A stretch of 64,000 nucleotides of DNA. It comes from Leptogorgia sarmentosa (lineage: Eukaryota). Positions within the stretch are counted from its first letter, which is position 1. Each line of letters starts with the position of its first letter. The stretch covers positions 21,018,001 through 21,082,000 of the forward strand of contig OZ210885.1 in the NCBI GenBank assembly GCA_964658305.1, read 5' to 3'. The notes under the pieces were generated by a model. It saw only the letters and a list, made by a program, of their open reading frames with translations. It was not told where the DNA came from and did no database searches. The translations under genes were made by a program, and so were the position numbers. This document shows positions 12,521 to 24,327 of this stretch, in pieces.

Positions 12521-13110
12521 GTTTACTGTCTGTGTCAAAAAGAGAATACTAACACTTATTCCGAAGGTCTGAGGGGTATACGAGATTTACCCCTCTAAGC
12601 CTGGAGCCAGAATTCGTATTCGCAAATTTAAATTTCACGAAACAAGTCATACACCTTGTCGGCACTGAAAGTAACCTATTCTTCATAGTTTTCAATCCGA
12701 CGAGCCTTCAAATACGCTCCCAACTTTATATTTGCATCGTTCTCACTTTTTATAGTGTTTTTGTTATGCAAATCTTGTCTTTTCTGCGTTAATTCTTCGT
12801 CAGAAATTAGATTTGCATTGTTGTTGGGCGCCATTTTGAATAAATTGCTGGGGGAAAATCCGTATCCTGCTGGAGCTCACGCTCACAAAAAGATACGAGA
12901 TTTATCGATTCTGTTTCGACCAATCAGATTTGTCTATTACTGTGAGGTGATAGACAAAGGTTGGTATTTAATGTGCGATTATCAACTGGATGAATGTTAT
13001 CAATACTACCATGCAAAATGTGTCGGCCTTACCTCGCTTAAGACCCAAGAAGACGGGGAAAAGTATAGCAACTGCAATGATGGTGAGTCGTACATATGTC
13101 CTCTATGTTC
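12521..13110 (+). other. PHD finger split by a 393-bp insertion
   Basis: VYCLCQKENTNTYSE|G WYLMCDYQLDECYQYYHAKCVG...YICPLCS gives a C4-H-C3 pattern once the insert between the AAGGT repeats (12564-12568 and 12957-12961) is removed. Confidence 0.8.
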
Positions 13111-13522
13111 AAGACAGAAGACTCAAGGTCACGAGGACTCGACCGACGTCAGCCCGGAAATGGTCGATCATGGTGCTGAAATTAGTGAAATCGTACGTCC
13201 ATGCTTAAAAACACCAGAAAGTGAAAACAAAACTGTGAAAGAACGCGCCTGCAAGAACACGGGGGAGGTTGATGAGAGCCATGGGACATATCACAACAGC
13301 AGCGCCAGCCCGCCAACTGGATTTTCCGATGATACCGCTTTTGATTGTGAGGTGAGAAGTGTCGAAGATATAGAAGCGCATGAGGATATTCGTGACCGCA
13401 ACGAAGATAATAACGGGAACCTTGAATTTGGTGACGGTTATGAACTTAATTCAGACGATTATGATGAAATTGATGAAGCAACCGCAATGGCAACCGCTGC
13501 AGGAGATGAGTAGCAAGAGGAA

Positions 13523-15958
13523 TTGTGCCTCTCACACGAAACAATAAGTCGAATGTTAGACTGTCCAAAATTGCCAGACACTGGATTTTTTTCAACGGAT
13601 CTACCCAAGGAAGCTACATTTCACTTAACTGAACAAGAATGGAATATAATTAAGCCGGTTGCTGCACATCCGAACAAATTGCAAAGTTGTTGGTCAGATG
13701 TATTAGCTTGTCATATATCCAAATCGAACGCGTTTTGTACGTTTGATTTTAATAGGCATTTTGTACAGAAAGAAAATTCTAGAAAGAGAAGATTTCCTTA
13801 CGTGTTTACTGCATCTGGGTTTTGCATATTTAAACACTGCTCTTGCACATTTAGTTTAGGTTTAGAAAAGAAAGATTTCGAACAAAAAATTGTAAAGGTC
13901 GTATATAACGAGTTAGTGAAGCATGCTGCAGGTGAGCGCCATTCGCGATTCATAAAGGGAGATGAAAGGAAGAAGATGGTCGAAAAATTTCATAAAGGCC
14001 GCGATAAACCTTCAGTGGTATACCAAGGGAAAAAAGCAGGCATACCAAATGACGCTCTGGCTTCGGGAAACAGAACTGGTTGCGGTGTCTACCCAACAAC
14101 CATCAGGAAAATAGCGAGTGAAGGTCGCCAAATCTCATATATGGACAAGGATATGTTTAAATCGCTTGACGAAGTCAGATTAAAACTTATAGAGAAAGAA
14201 TCATCGCGAAACTTTCCACCAGTAGCAATGGAAGGATTTGTCCATATGATCTGCCAATTTCCCTTAATTGTTCACATGTGGATTGAAGATCAAGTCCGTT
14301 TGTGGCATGAAAGATGCGCAGATGATATTTCGTACTTAGATGCAACTGGAACGATAATTGCCAACCATGATGGTAAACGAGTTCTCTACTATGCTTTAGT
14401 GGTTCGACATCCGTGTGAAGGGAATCCTGCAGTGCCAGTAGCAGAAATGATCACATCCGACCATAGAGCGTGCAACATACGAACATTCCTTGATAGCTTT
14501 AGGCAAAGCGAATCCAAGACTTACAGTGGGCGTGTTACATCGCCTCGACAACTGAACACTGATTACTCAAGAGCTATCTTGTTGGCTGTACTACGGGAAT
14601 TCAATAACGAAAGTTTGTGTGATTTTTTTAAACGCGCATTTCGCATACTAAACAGTAACATACAAGAAAATGATTTTAAACTCACAGTACCACATGTGGG
14701 GTGCAGCCACTTCATGCACATAGTGCATCGAAAGGTGAAGGCTATTTCACGGGAACAGCGCAATGATGAAAATAGTAAAATCCTTGCCGACGTAAAAACT
14801 GATGTTTGGTATCGTTTTAACATGTATTCCATGTCACTATTAGTAAATGCAAGAACACTGCATGAATTTCTGCAGCTTGTTGAAGATTTCAGCATATGTC
14901 TTTTGAGTAAAATCAAAACAAACATGTTATTAGATGCATACCGTAGAACTCAAACGAGAATACAGAACATGGATGAAGATAAAGACATAGATCTCTCAAA
15001 ATTCGAAACTAAACCAAATGATGTGGAACAAGAAAACGACGAGTTACCACGTTCCAAGATGCATTCGAATCCTTTTACCGCTTTATTCAAGAATAAATTA
15101 TTGTTTATAGAGCAAACAGTAGAGCAAGATCAGATGGAATATAACGATGATTTAAATCAGAGAAACAGATGCTATTGTCCTAAATTCATGGATTTCATCA
15201 AGTCTTATATACCGGAAATGGCGTTGTGGTCAGGAGTAATGTTGGGGTCTTTACAAAGATATAGTGGAAATAGTGAGGCGAATCCTAAGAAGCTTGTGAC
15301 CGGACATCCTTATTTATCCTTTTCGTCAGCAAATTCCAAAACAGAAGGATATATCGAAGGAGTTATGAGAAATTTAAAGCAAGAAGACTTTCATGCACGG
15401 AAACATCTTCGACCTGACGCGTTTGTACTAGAGAACTATGATCGGATAAGAAGAAGAATTGTCGATTATTCCGATAGACTGGATGCTTGCAGGCTCCCAA
15501 AACAGAAAAGATCCTATAGACAGAAGAAAAAAGAGAATGATAACCCAAATCTGGTTACTAACAAAGATGACATTAGCCAATTGCAGGAGCAATACCGTAA
15601 TGCGGAAGAGAAATGGGGAAAGAAAGAACCAGAAACTCCAAAATTGAATCCAAGATTAGGACAGTTTCAACAGTCTCCGAAATTTCCCCTGAGTGAACAG
15701 CCAGATTTAAAAGACAAATCTCGTTGGAAAAAGAAAATCAATGACGATAAGGAGAAGTCTCGAACAGTTCGTCAAAAGCGTAAGCTAATTGTGAATGATA
15801 AACGACAAGGGAAACGAGATGCAGAGCAAACAAACACAACTAAGACTTCTATCGAAATAACAGAAGCCAAAGAGGAGAGTAAGCCAAATAAATTTTTGGC
15901 AGAAGAAGCAGGTCAGAAGAAAAGAAAAGGAAGAAAACGAAGACTGAATAATGCATGA
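13523..15958 (+). CDS. MULE/NOF-like DDE transposase core
   Basis: YLDATGTII (first D), LYYALVVRHP..PVAEMITSDH, LNTDYSRAILLAVLREFN (second D), GCSHFMH (CxxH), KTEGYIEGVMRNLK (candidate E). Confidence 0.8.
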   Translation: MCLSHETISRMLDCPKLPDTGFFSTDLPKEATFHLTEQEWNIIKPVAAHPNKLQSCWSDVLACHISKSNAFCTFDFNRHFVQKENSRKRRFPYVFTASGFCIFKHCSCTFSLGLEKKDFEQKIVKVVYNELVKHAAGERHSRFIKGDERKKMVEKFHKGRDKPSVVYQGKKAGIPNDALASGNRTGCGVYPTTIRKIASEGRQISYMDKDMFKSLDEVRLKLIEKESSRNFPPVAMEGFVHMICQFPLIVHMWIEDQVRLWHERCADDISYLDATGTIIANHDGKRVLYYALVVRHPCEGNPAVPVAEMITSDHRACNIRTFLDSFRQSESKTYSGRVTSPRQLNTDYSRAILLAVLREFNNESLCDFFKRAFRILNSNIQENDFKLTVPHVGCSHFMHIVHRKVKAISREQRNDENSKILADVKTDVWYRFNMYSMSLLVNARTLHEFLQLVEDFSICLLSKIKTNMLLDAYRRTQTRIQNMDEDKDIDLSKFETKPNDVEQENDELPRSKMHSNPFTALFKNKLLFIEQTVEQDQMEYNDDLNQRNRCYCPKFMDFIKSYIPEMALWSGVMLGSLQRYSGNSEANPKKLVTGHPYLSFSSANSKTEGYIEGVMRNLKQEDFHARKHLRPDAFVLENYDRIRRRIVDYSDRLDACRLPKQKRSYRQKKKENDNPNLVTNKDDISQLQEQYRNAEEKWGKKEPETPKLNPRLGQFQQSPKFPLSEQPDLKDKSRWKKKINDDKEKSRTVRQKRKLIVNDKRQGKRDAEQTNTTKTSIEITEAKEESKPNKFLAEEAGQKKRKGRKRRLNNA

Positions 15959-16165
15959 TGTAGAGAAGTTAGGAAAAACATAACTGAATGGATGTATATT
16001 CAGGCGAATGACAAGGAAGAAGCACAAGGTGGTGAAGAAGACAACTGTGTCAAAACAGCAGGTAGCAAGCGTGAAAGATTGAAATCTTCATAAAACGAAC
16101 CAAAGAAAAAAAAGTTTGCGAGGTTTGAAAACAATCGGATCCTAAAGAGCGACATCAGCTTCGTA

Positions 16166-16970
16166 GGACTACAGAACAAAAAGAACGATTGTTGGTTGAA
16201 TACTCTAGTGCAGTGTATATATAATTTACCTATAAAAAACTGCCTACTCGATGCAACGAAAGGGCAAAACGATAAGCCTTTGACTAAAGCGCTAACGAAC
16301 GTTCTCAGCAAGATGGAGAGTCTAGGCTCCGGTTCATTCTATCCTGCAGAACTTCACGATGTTTTCCAATTTGAACTAAATTATGTTAACGGCGACTTCT
16401 TCACCACCTTTTGCTGCACAAGTAACAATTAATGAAGCTCTCGCAGGTTATTTTCAAGTAGGTGTACAGTTCCGAAAGACTTGTTCACATTGTTTAAGTT
16501 ACGAAGACAGCCCACCTGAAACGTTCACGTCACTTCCTTTATCAGTGAAAAAAGGGACAACACAAATTGAGAGTAGCATTGAGACTTTTTTAAAAGAGAA
16601 GAAGATTTCTATATTTTGCCCCACTTGCCAAGTTGCAAAACCGCATACAAGAGATGGAAAATTTGTTTTTCTTCCCAATACATTGGCACTTGTTTTCAAA
16701 CGATTTTCGTGTATCAACCGTGTTGAACGCAAAAAGCATTCGATAGTGGATTTGAAAAGAGAAATTTTCATACCGGGTAATGAACCTTCTTATTATTTAC
16801 TTAAAGCATGTGCCCTTCACCACGGCTATCATATCCATAACGGACATTATACTGCGCTGTTTTTTTATCAAAATACAGTTATCGAAGTTGATGATGAACG
16901 GGCTCACGACAGAACATTAGACTGGAAAGTACATGCAGACACAACTGTCTATATGGCCTTTTACGTCAAG
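16166..16970 (+). CDS. Ubiquitin-specific protease (peptidase C19) domain, frameshifted
   Basis: Cys box GLQNKKNDCWLNTLVQC; finger CSHC...CPTC; LPNTLALVFKRF; His box HHGYHIHNGHYTA...IEVDDER. Confidence 0.85.
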
Positions 16971-17139
16971 CAAAGGGATTTCAAAAGCAGGAAAATTGGA
17001 GCGAAACAGAATGAAGATTGCATGAAAAGAGAATGTCAGGAACTTCCGGACATTGATGAAAAGAAACAAATTTCTGAAGTTGAAGACTTGTGGGATGTGA
17101 CTACACAAAATTCTTTGATTTGCAGTATCAGCGATTTCG

Positions 17140-17800
17140 GGTATGAACTGAAAGGGAGAGATTTCAAAACACTGGAACACCCTATCGTTAACCATAGCTA
17201 TACATTAAAACATGCTGGATGGTTGAACGACAATGTTATCGATGCCTACATACACTTGCTGGCAAAAACTGCCGCCGCTGATAAAGGAATACGTGTACAT
17301 GCATTTAATTGCTTATTTATAAAACGGTTACGAGAAGTGTTGTTGCAAAAGCGATGCGAACGCGATTTGTACAAGATGCTTTCACCATTTCACAAGAAAA
17401 TTGTGTTTGAAGCATTGGAATATATCATTATTCCCGTAAATACAAACAATGGCCAACACTGGACAGTTATTTCTATTGATATACAAAGGGGATGCATATA
17501 TTTTTATGATCCAATGCGAGCAGGCACTCAAAACGTAACAGATGTCAAACTTATAAAATTTTATTTCGAACAATTTTATAAATACAATTCCTATGAAGTA
17601 GAAGTCCTCGGGAAAAGATTTGTTTCAGATTTTGACGTGATATGGGAAGGAAAGTTTGCATGTCAATCAGATGGCGCTAGTTGCGGCGTGTATGTGTTAA
17701 TGTATGTTTGTCGTACGTTAGGTTTATTAACTTGCGATCATGCACTTATAGACAATATTCCTGAGATTCGGAAAGAAATTGCAATGGAGCTTCATCAGGG
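17140..17800 (+). CDS. Ulp1/SENP (peptidase C48) domain
   Basis: DFKTLE..GWLNDNVIDAYI; IIIPVN..QHWTVI (His); YFYDPM (Asp); QSDGASCGVYV (Gln/Cys). Confidence 0.9.
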
Positions 17801-17859
17801 GAAAAAATCTCTTCTGGGATGCCGAGGGATACCGATGAATCAGAAAAAGGTTGCTTAAC

Positions 17860-18080
17860 AGCATCCAGATACAAACAACGACTAGGTGGAAAAGTAGTGC
17901 TGCACTGCTACTCACCTGACGCACCTGAGCGCACATTTATCTGGGCGTTTAATGGAACATCGGTATCCACAGACCGAACATACGAGTTCATACTCTCAGA
18001 AGACAATGTGGGTGAATATTCCTGCTATGTGAAGACAAATGGCGTGGTTCACAAATCATGTTGTACAGTCGAATGCGTAG
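17860..18080 (+). CDS. Ig-like domain exon segment
   Basis: VVLHCYS...TFIWAFNG...DNVGEYSCYV matches the C-W-DxGxYxC immunoglobulin signature. Confidence 0.65.
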
Positions 18081-18499
18081 ACAACCAGTCTGAAGGGGTA
18101 TACGACCATACAGGTATGCTAAATTCTTTAAAAGTAGCTATTGAGTGGAATTTTACAAAATGGATAGCTATGTATGACGTCATATCGAGTGTACGCGTGA
18201 TAATTTTTCTATATCTGGAACGAGAATTCTACAATCCTGGTCGATAAATCTTGGAACACCTATATATAGCTAGTAAAAATGACCACTTTAATATCACATC
18301 AATTATTGATTGTGACGAATTTTATTTCAAACTTAAATTTTACTATTACAAAACATTCCATGGTAGTAAAAAAGAAAGGGCCTATTTAGTTATATGTACT
18401 ATTTAGGTAATTGAATGCAGACTGTAAACCTAGAGTTTCAACATTTTTGACATGGATTGTAGCTTTTCTTCTATTTGCGCGACTGGCTGCCAATAACTA

Positions 18500-19134
18500 C
18501 AGGGTGTATAAAAAAAAAGTTTACTGATGAAAAACATTCTCTAAACTAACGAGCGCTCAGAATTTCCAAAAACTTTCGGTTAGCATGGGTAGTTTAGCAC
18601 CCTCTGGTATATCTAGCACTAAGTTTATTTTAAAAACAAACTTTTTTAGAATGGGAAATGTGGTTACTGAAAGGCCCATTAAAAACGGCTTGCGCGGAAA
18701 AAATAAGTTTTCTTCACACAATTTGATTTAATCGGATGAAAATATGGAGTATGATATACAAGCTATTCAAGTTTTGAGAAATTTGGTGCACGCCGAGACG
18801 AACGTACGATGTCCAAAAACTGGATTTTGCGTTCTTTCCTGCGTGATTACCGATTAATTTATGCATAATTGGATATTTGCATTAATTACCAATGCAAATT
18901 GCAAGCTAATTCCCAAAGGTCCGTAATTACGCGAAGAAATTGTGGAAAATCCAGCTTTCGGACATCGCACATTCGTCTCAAATTTCTCAAAACTTGAATA
19001 GCTTGTATATCATACTCCATATTTTCATCCGATTAAATCAAATTGTGTGAAGAAAACTTATTTTTTCCGCGCAAGCCGTTTTTAATGGCCTTTCAGTAAC
19101 CACATTTCCCATGTTAAAAAAGTTTGTTTTTAAA
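18500..19134. mobile_element. Fold-back Tc1/mariner-type MITE with a truncated right arm; same family as 36185-36954
   Basis: Starts TA|CAGGGTGTAT. Arms ~18630-18850 and ~18920-19134 are inverted. The central core is nearly identical to 36445-36690. Confidence 0.8.
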
Positions 19135-19570
19135 GTGCCACTAACACAATTTTTTTTATTCACTGTATTGAAAGATATAATACAATATAATGCTCTAGTG
19201 AAAAAATTTTTTAATTTCATAAAATGTTGCGGATTTTATTGCTTGTTGAATATGAAATTTTGTGGACCAGTACCGTCGTTTTGGAAGCCTGGGAATAGTG
19301 CACTTTTTTGACGTCACGCAAGGTAGTCAGTGTTTTGCTTTGATATTGCGTGAATCAATGTCAATCACATATAATCTGTTTGACTAGCATTTCTTTGGTT
19401 TTGGATAAATTTGAATCGTTTTAAAAGATCTTGAGCAGCAGTGAGACAGATTCAGAAGTGAGCTGTCCATCTGACGACACAAACTACAACTTCATTCCCC
19501 AATATATGATAGAGGATGCAACCCAGTTACCTTGATTCAGCGCATTTTAGCTGTTGTGGTTTTCCCATCC

Positions 19571-20136
19571 TGTAGCGTTATTTGGTTTAGTTTGTAGTAG
19601 GTTAACACCCTAACTGCTGCTATAAATTAAGCGCACTGAACCGAGAGAGTTACTTGCTTATCAAGCTCACAGCTCAAGCTAACTATCAAGGGCCGGAGCG
19701 CCTCAGATAACAACAGATTACTCAAGCCTCGGATAACATTGGGTAATTATCATGTATAGTCATACTATACTCGTAATATATATTCATGTATCGTCCATAT
19801 ATATTTCACACAGCTTTATGCTAAGATATTATAGCTTCTGTGTAGTGTTGCATTGATGGCAATAGTCATAACATTGTATTTCAATTCATTGTATATTTTG
19901 CAACATATTGACCTTTGCGCTTAGTTAATTTGATATTTGCTTAATATTGTTGTGTCATAGTAGTCACATTAGTTATAACTTCTATCTATATTTAGTTTTT
20001 TATCTTTTTGTTATATTAGTGTTAGTCGTGCCCGTTTTTCAAATACTTGTATTGTATTGTGTGTTGTTGCTATTGTCGATTATTAAATTTCTTTGTAAAA
20101 CTCACTCGTATCGTGTGCGAACCCGACCGTCTTACA
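19571..20136 (+). mobile_element. Possible solo LTR
   Basis: TGTAG...TTACA ends, a TATAAA box (19621) and ATTAAA near the 3' end. No clean TSD (CATCC versus CATAT). Confidence 0.35.
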
Positions 20137-20802
20137 CATATTTTTCGTCTCTTCTTAGTTAGGTTTCACATTCTTGGATCATGTGCTATTTGTATATTCT
20201 GAATTGTTCCACCAATGCATAAATAATATCATAAGTTATATTCTTCTATTCAGTTATATTTATTTCATGTAAGCGTATAGCAAAACTACGAGAACTATTA
20301 GGATTAAAGATTGTTCCTAATCAATCAAAACCGATTTGTTAATAACTATCACACTAATCAATATCATATCTCCACGTAATATGTATAGATAGACCGTCTA
20401 GTGTAAATATAGATACTCATATAATATAGCTATAAAACAATTCAATTCGATTATTTTCTTCATTCATTTTCAAAGTGAAAAAAACACATTTATATCTTTC
20501 TGTCCCGAAGGCTAGCCATGTATTGTGCATGTGCTATTTGTCATTTTCAAACTAATATATACAAAAATAAAAAACTTCTACAGATCTGGTAATCATAAAA
20601 AATACGTTAAAAATCAGCATGCGTTTTCGTTCAACCCAAAACTAATTCTCAACTTATTTTCACTTTGAAAAAGAAAAATACACTTGTATCTCAGAATACG
20701 TATTATAGGCATGTTACACATTATTTGAAATATCAAGTAGAGAATTATAATATATCGTAAAATAAAAATTGTGTATTTAGAAGGTAATAACAAAATGACT
20801 TT

Positions 20803-21953
20803 AATGCACATTCCTCAGAAACGCATCATATTACATCAATGTTCAAAGTAAAAAAACGCATTGATATGATTCGGTCCCCAGGCCAAGCTATACATTGTAT
20901 GATATATGAGTGTTTTCTGAATAACATATGTGAAAATAAAAAAATTCTATAGAATAGGTAATGAAAAAAAGGACTTGAAGTTCACATGCATTTCCGTTTG
21001 ATTTGCAGACTAATTCTCATATCAGACCTTTACTTTAAAATGGCAAAAACACGGCAGTGTATAAAAATATTAAAGGCAAGCAATACATTGTCGGAATTAT
21101 CGTTGAAATATGTATAATATATTGGAAAATGAAAAATCTATGCCTAGAATGAAGCGAGAAAAAGACTTGAAATTTAACATGCACATTCCTCAGAAACGCA
21201 TCATATTACATCAATGTTCAAAGTAAAAAAAACGCATTGATATCATTCGGTCCCCAGGCCAAGCTATACATTGTATGATATATCAGTGTTTTCTGAATAA
21301 CATATGTGAAAATAAAAAATTTCTATAGAATAGGTAATGAAAAAAAGGACTTGAAGTTCACATGCATCTCCGTTTGAGTTGCAGACTAATTCTCATATCA
21401 GACCTTTACTTTAAAATGGCAAAAACACAGCAGTGTATAAAAATATTAAAGGCAAGCAATACATTGTCGGAATTATCATTGAAATATGTTTAATATATTG
21501 GAAAATGAAAAATCTATGGCTAGAATGAAGCGAGAAAATGACTTGAAATTTAACATGCACATTCCTCAGAAACGCATCATATTACATCAATGTTCAAAGT
21601 AAAAAAACGCATTGATATGATCATAGGTAGCCCAACGCACGCATGACGTAACATTCAGTAGTATAATATGATAAGGTTGGCAAGTAAACAAAAATATGAC
21701 TCGCTACCGCTTAAAGCAAGGCGAAAAAATGAACCTCTTGCGAACAAACTTCGCTAAAAAATAGCAGCCCCTACTTCTAGGACAGTATTACTAAATATAT
21801 ACAACGTTTTTTGGCAACAAAACGTGTGAAAAAGTCGAAAAAAAACGAAAAGTTTCTCTTAATTTGCCGTGTCTCGATGCTGGATGCCTGTTGCCGTGCA
21901 AAAATTACCGTTTGAAATGAATGATTCGGTCCCCAGGCAAAGCTATACATTGT
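20803..21953 (+). repeat. ~375-bp tandem satellite (about 2.2 units) interrupted at 21622-21920
   Basis: CACATTCCTCAGAAACGCATC recurs at ~20807, ~21182 and ~21558. Confidence 0.95.
21622..21920. mobile_element. 299-bp insertion into the satellite
   Basis: Flanked by an ATGAT direct repeat (21617-21621 and 21921-21925). The satellite sequence resumes in register on both sides. Confidence 0.6.
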
Positions 21954-23620
21954 TAATTATCCCTCTTGTTGCCTCATTAGCGTTAAGGTATGGGGAGCTC
22001 TCCCTGTCTCAGCGACATGGGAAGCTCTCCAATCTCGACCACTTCCTCAAAACCTAGCTACATCCTTAGAGTACCCAATCCTCCTATATCACACATATCA
22101 TTCCATATCACACAACACTTCCCCAATCCTCCAATTCCCATCCCGAAACGGAAGCATGAGGTTTGACGCCCTTAGAACGCTTGAGAGAAACCTAGTAAAT
22201 CGTTCTGTCTACGGTAACTGTCTGCAATGCTGATAGGCATCGAAGAGAGGAGGTCTCCAGCACCACCGGAGCCCAGCACCTGATTGAGCTTAATGTAGTG
22301 ACGGGCCATGGAAGGTGTTTTCCAGCCCACATGGTCCATTATAGTCTGAAGGTCTGCTCCCGCCATTGCTAGAGAAATAGCGCAGCCATTCCGCAGTCCA
22401 TGCAAGGTCACATTGCGAGATCCAAAGACTTCCGGCAGCTGCGCCACATACGAATTTAGGCGCCCCTGTGCAGCTGAGGAGAGAAACGGCGCCGGCTGAA
22501 CCAATCCTTGAGGCAATAAAGGCCGAAACAAAAACCCCGACATATTGGAATCTGCAGGACATCACATAACGCAATATAGGACTCAAGAGCCATGATCGGA
22601 CAGACCACCAAGTTATCGCAATAACGTTTGAGGGAAAAAAGGTTCGATCCCATCCCTAAGGGATTTGGTCATCGTGTGGTTAAAGAGGAGTCCTGTTCTT
22701 CCAGGGAAGTACAACATTTCCTCCGTTTTTTATTTTCCCTAGATCCCCCGCAAAACCAGGTCTTAAAGTAAGCTTGATCCCGTGCGAGAACATACCACTC
22801 CTTAGGCGATACGCTCCTCCAAAGTTCGTGAGATGAAATTGGCGTGTTGTTTGCAGGATACGTGGTTACCAAAGATATGCACCGGGGGGGGGGGGGGTTA
22901 TGCTATGGTACTTGGCGCCTTTAAAAGTACCGCTAAAAGGCTTCATAAACTCTTCAATGTCTACCCGGTTTCTAATCCAATGGAGGATCTGCGCTTTAGA
23001 CTCGTTGCCCTCTAAGATTAATTCTCAAATGTCGCAATGGTCATGAATCTCTCCCGCTCTGAAGGACTCAGGTACCCGGAAAGACATGTCGCGCACACAC
23101 CGGGGGTCCCCTTGGAGAACTTGACGTATCTCTCCCAATAGCTGAGCGGGCGCCCTTCTTTCCTCCGAGCTTGGGGTTCCATCCAGGAGTGCCCACTTAA
23201 CGTGTCGACCTTTGGCACGTTCACTAGCCGAGGATGGATCAAACGGTCGTTCCAATTTTTGCCGTTTGGAGGTGGGCTGTAGATTAGGCAAAGAAAACAA
23301 AATGACTTTTGAGATACTTAGCACTTCGGAACTTAGCACTCCCGAATGGAAACCCAAGCCCGGAGGAAATAATCCATCTGCCCGAGATTTCGTGGCAACA
23401 AGGGAATGCCTTTGAGGCAAAACGCTTGCAGGATCATCCCACCGTTCAGGGGGTTCCACAAGAAAAGAGAATAAACCGTGATATAAACCAAACCAATCCC
23501 CCGTTGAAAAAGGGGTGGCCTCGTTATTATTCTCACAGACAGGCAGCTTTCCTATATACTTCCAGTAAATCTGGCAGGTGTCCCGGCGAGATGGTATGAA
23601 CCTTAGGATATCAAATACAA
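21953..23620 (-). mobile_element. Degenerate tyrosine-recombinase retrotransposon (Ngaro/DIRS-like) with the RT mostly deleted
   Basis: YR motifs spread over frameshifted ORFs: LARDQAYFK, VCPIMALESY, TLHGLRNGCAISL...HVGWKTPSMARHY. An RT-leader-like FRVPESFRAGEIHDH lies at ~23040. Confidence 0.7.
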
Positions 23621-23913
23621 CTACTCAGTAGAGTTCAGTATTCTTTTTTATTATTATTTGTTTACAAACATTAAACAACATTAAGTTGCACATGTCCCAC
23701 AAATAAAGTATTCAGTGTTCCAGAGCATCTCTCAGTGAACCCAGCCACAAACAAGGTAAAGCCACGATCACAACTTCAGATGGACACCCAGTCACACCTC
23801 TGAGGTCTACAATCCAAATGTGAGTGAACATAGCAGAGAACACCTAGTGGCCTGAGTCCAAACAGCAGTGCTCCGAGGGTAGAAGGCCGCAACACAGAGC
23901 GGACCCCCGGTCC

Positions 23914-24327
23914 CTCTTCCAGGATGGACACAAAGTCACATCATCACTTGTTTAGTGTACACTAGAGAGTGGAAACCCAGTCAGGCAGAATCACTTTGTG
24001 AGGTGGGCACACCACCACACTACAACGTGGACACACCGTCGCTCTTCCAGGATGGACACAAAGTCACATCATCACTTGTTTAGTGTACACTAGAGAGTGG
24101 AAACCCAGTCAGGCAGAATCACTTTGTGAGGTGGGCACACCACCACACTACAACGTGGACACACACTCGCTCTTCCAGGATGGACACAAAGTCACATCAT
24201 CACTTGTTTAGTGTACACTAGAGAGTGGAAACCCAGTCAGGCAGAATCACTTTGTGAGGTGGGCACACCACCACACTACAACGTGGACACACACTCGCTC
24301 TTCCAGGATGGACACATAGTCACATCA
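23914..24327 (+). repeat. 128-bp tandem repeat (about 3.2 units) with diverged sub-repeats out to ~24520
   Basis: CTCTTCCAGGATGGACAC at 23914, 24042, 24170 and 24298. Confidence 0.95.

Larger units (their letters stand above)
9937..18113 (+). pseudogene. Decayed NOF/MULE-like transposase polyprotein: N-terminal exons, PHD finger, DDE transposase, USP (C19) deubiquitinase, Ulp1 (C48) protease, Ig-like domain
   Basis: The ORFs at 12215, 12755, 13523 and 16196 share one frame. They are separated by single stops (13511, 15956, 16091) and one 393-bp insert, followed by frameshifts at ~16400 and ~17800. Upstream GT-AG exons lie at ~9937-10237, 11638-11704, 11838-11894 and 12173 onward. There is a splice donor at 18113 (ACAG|GTATGC). 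Confidence 0.8.
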
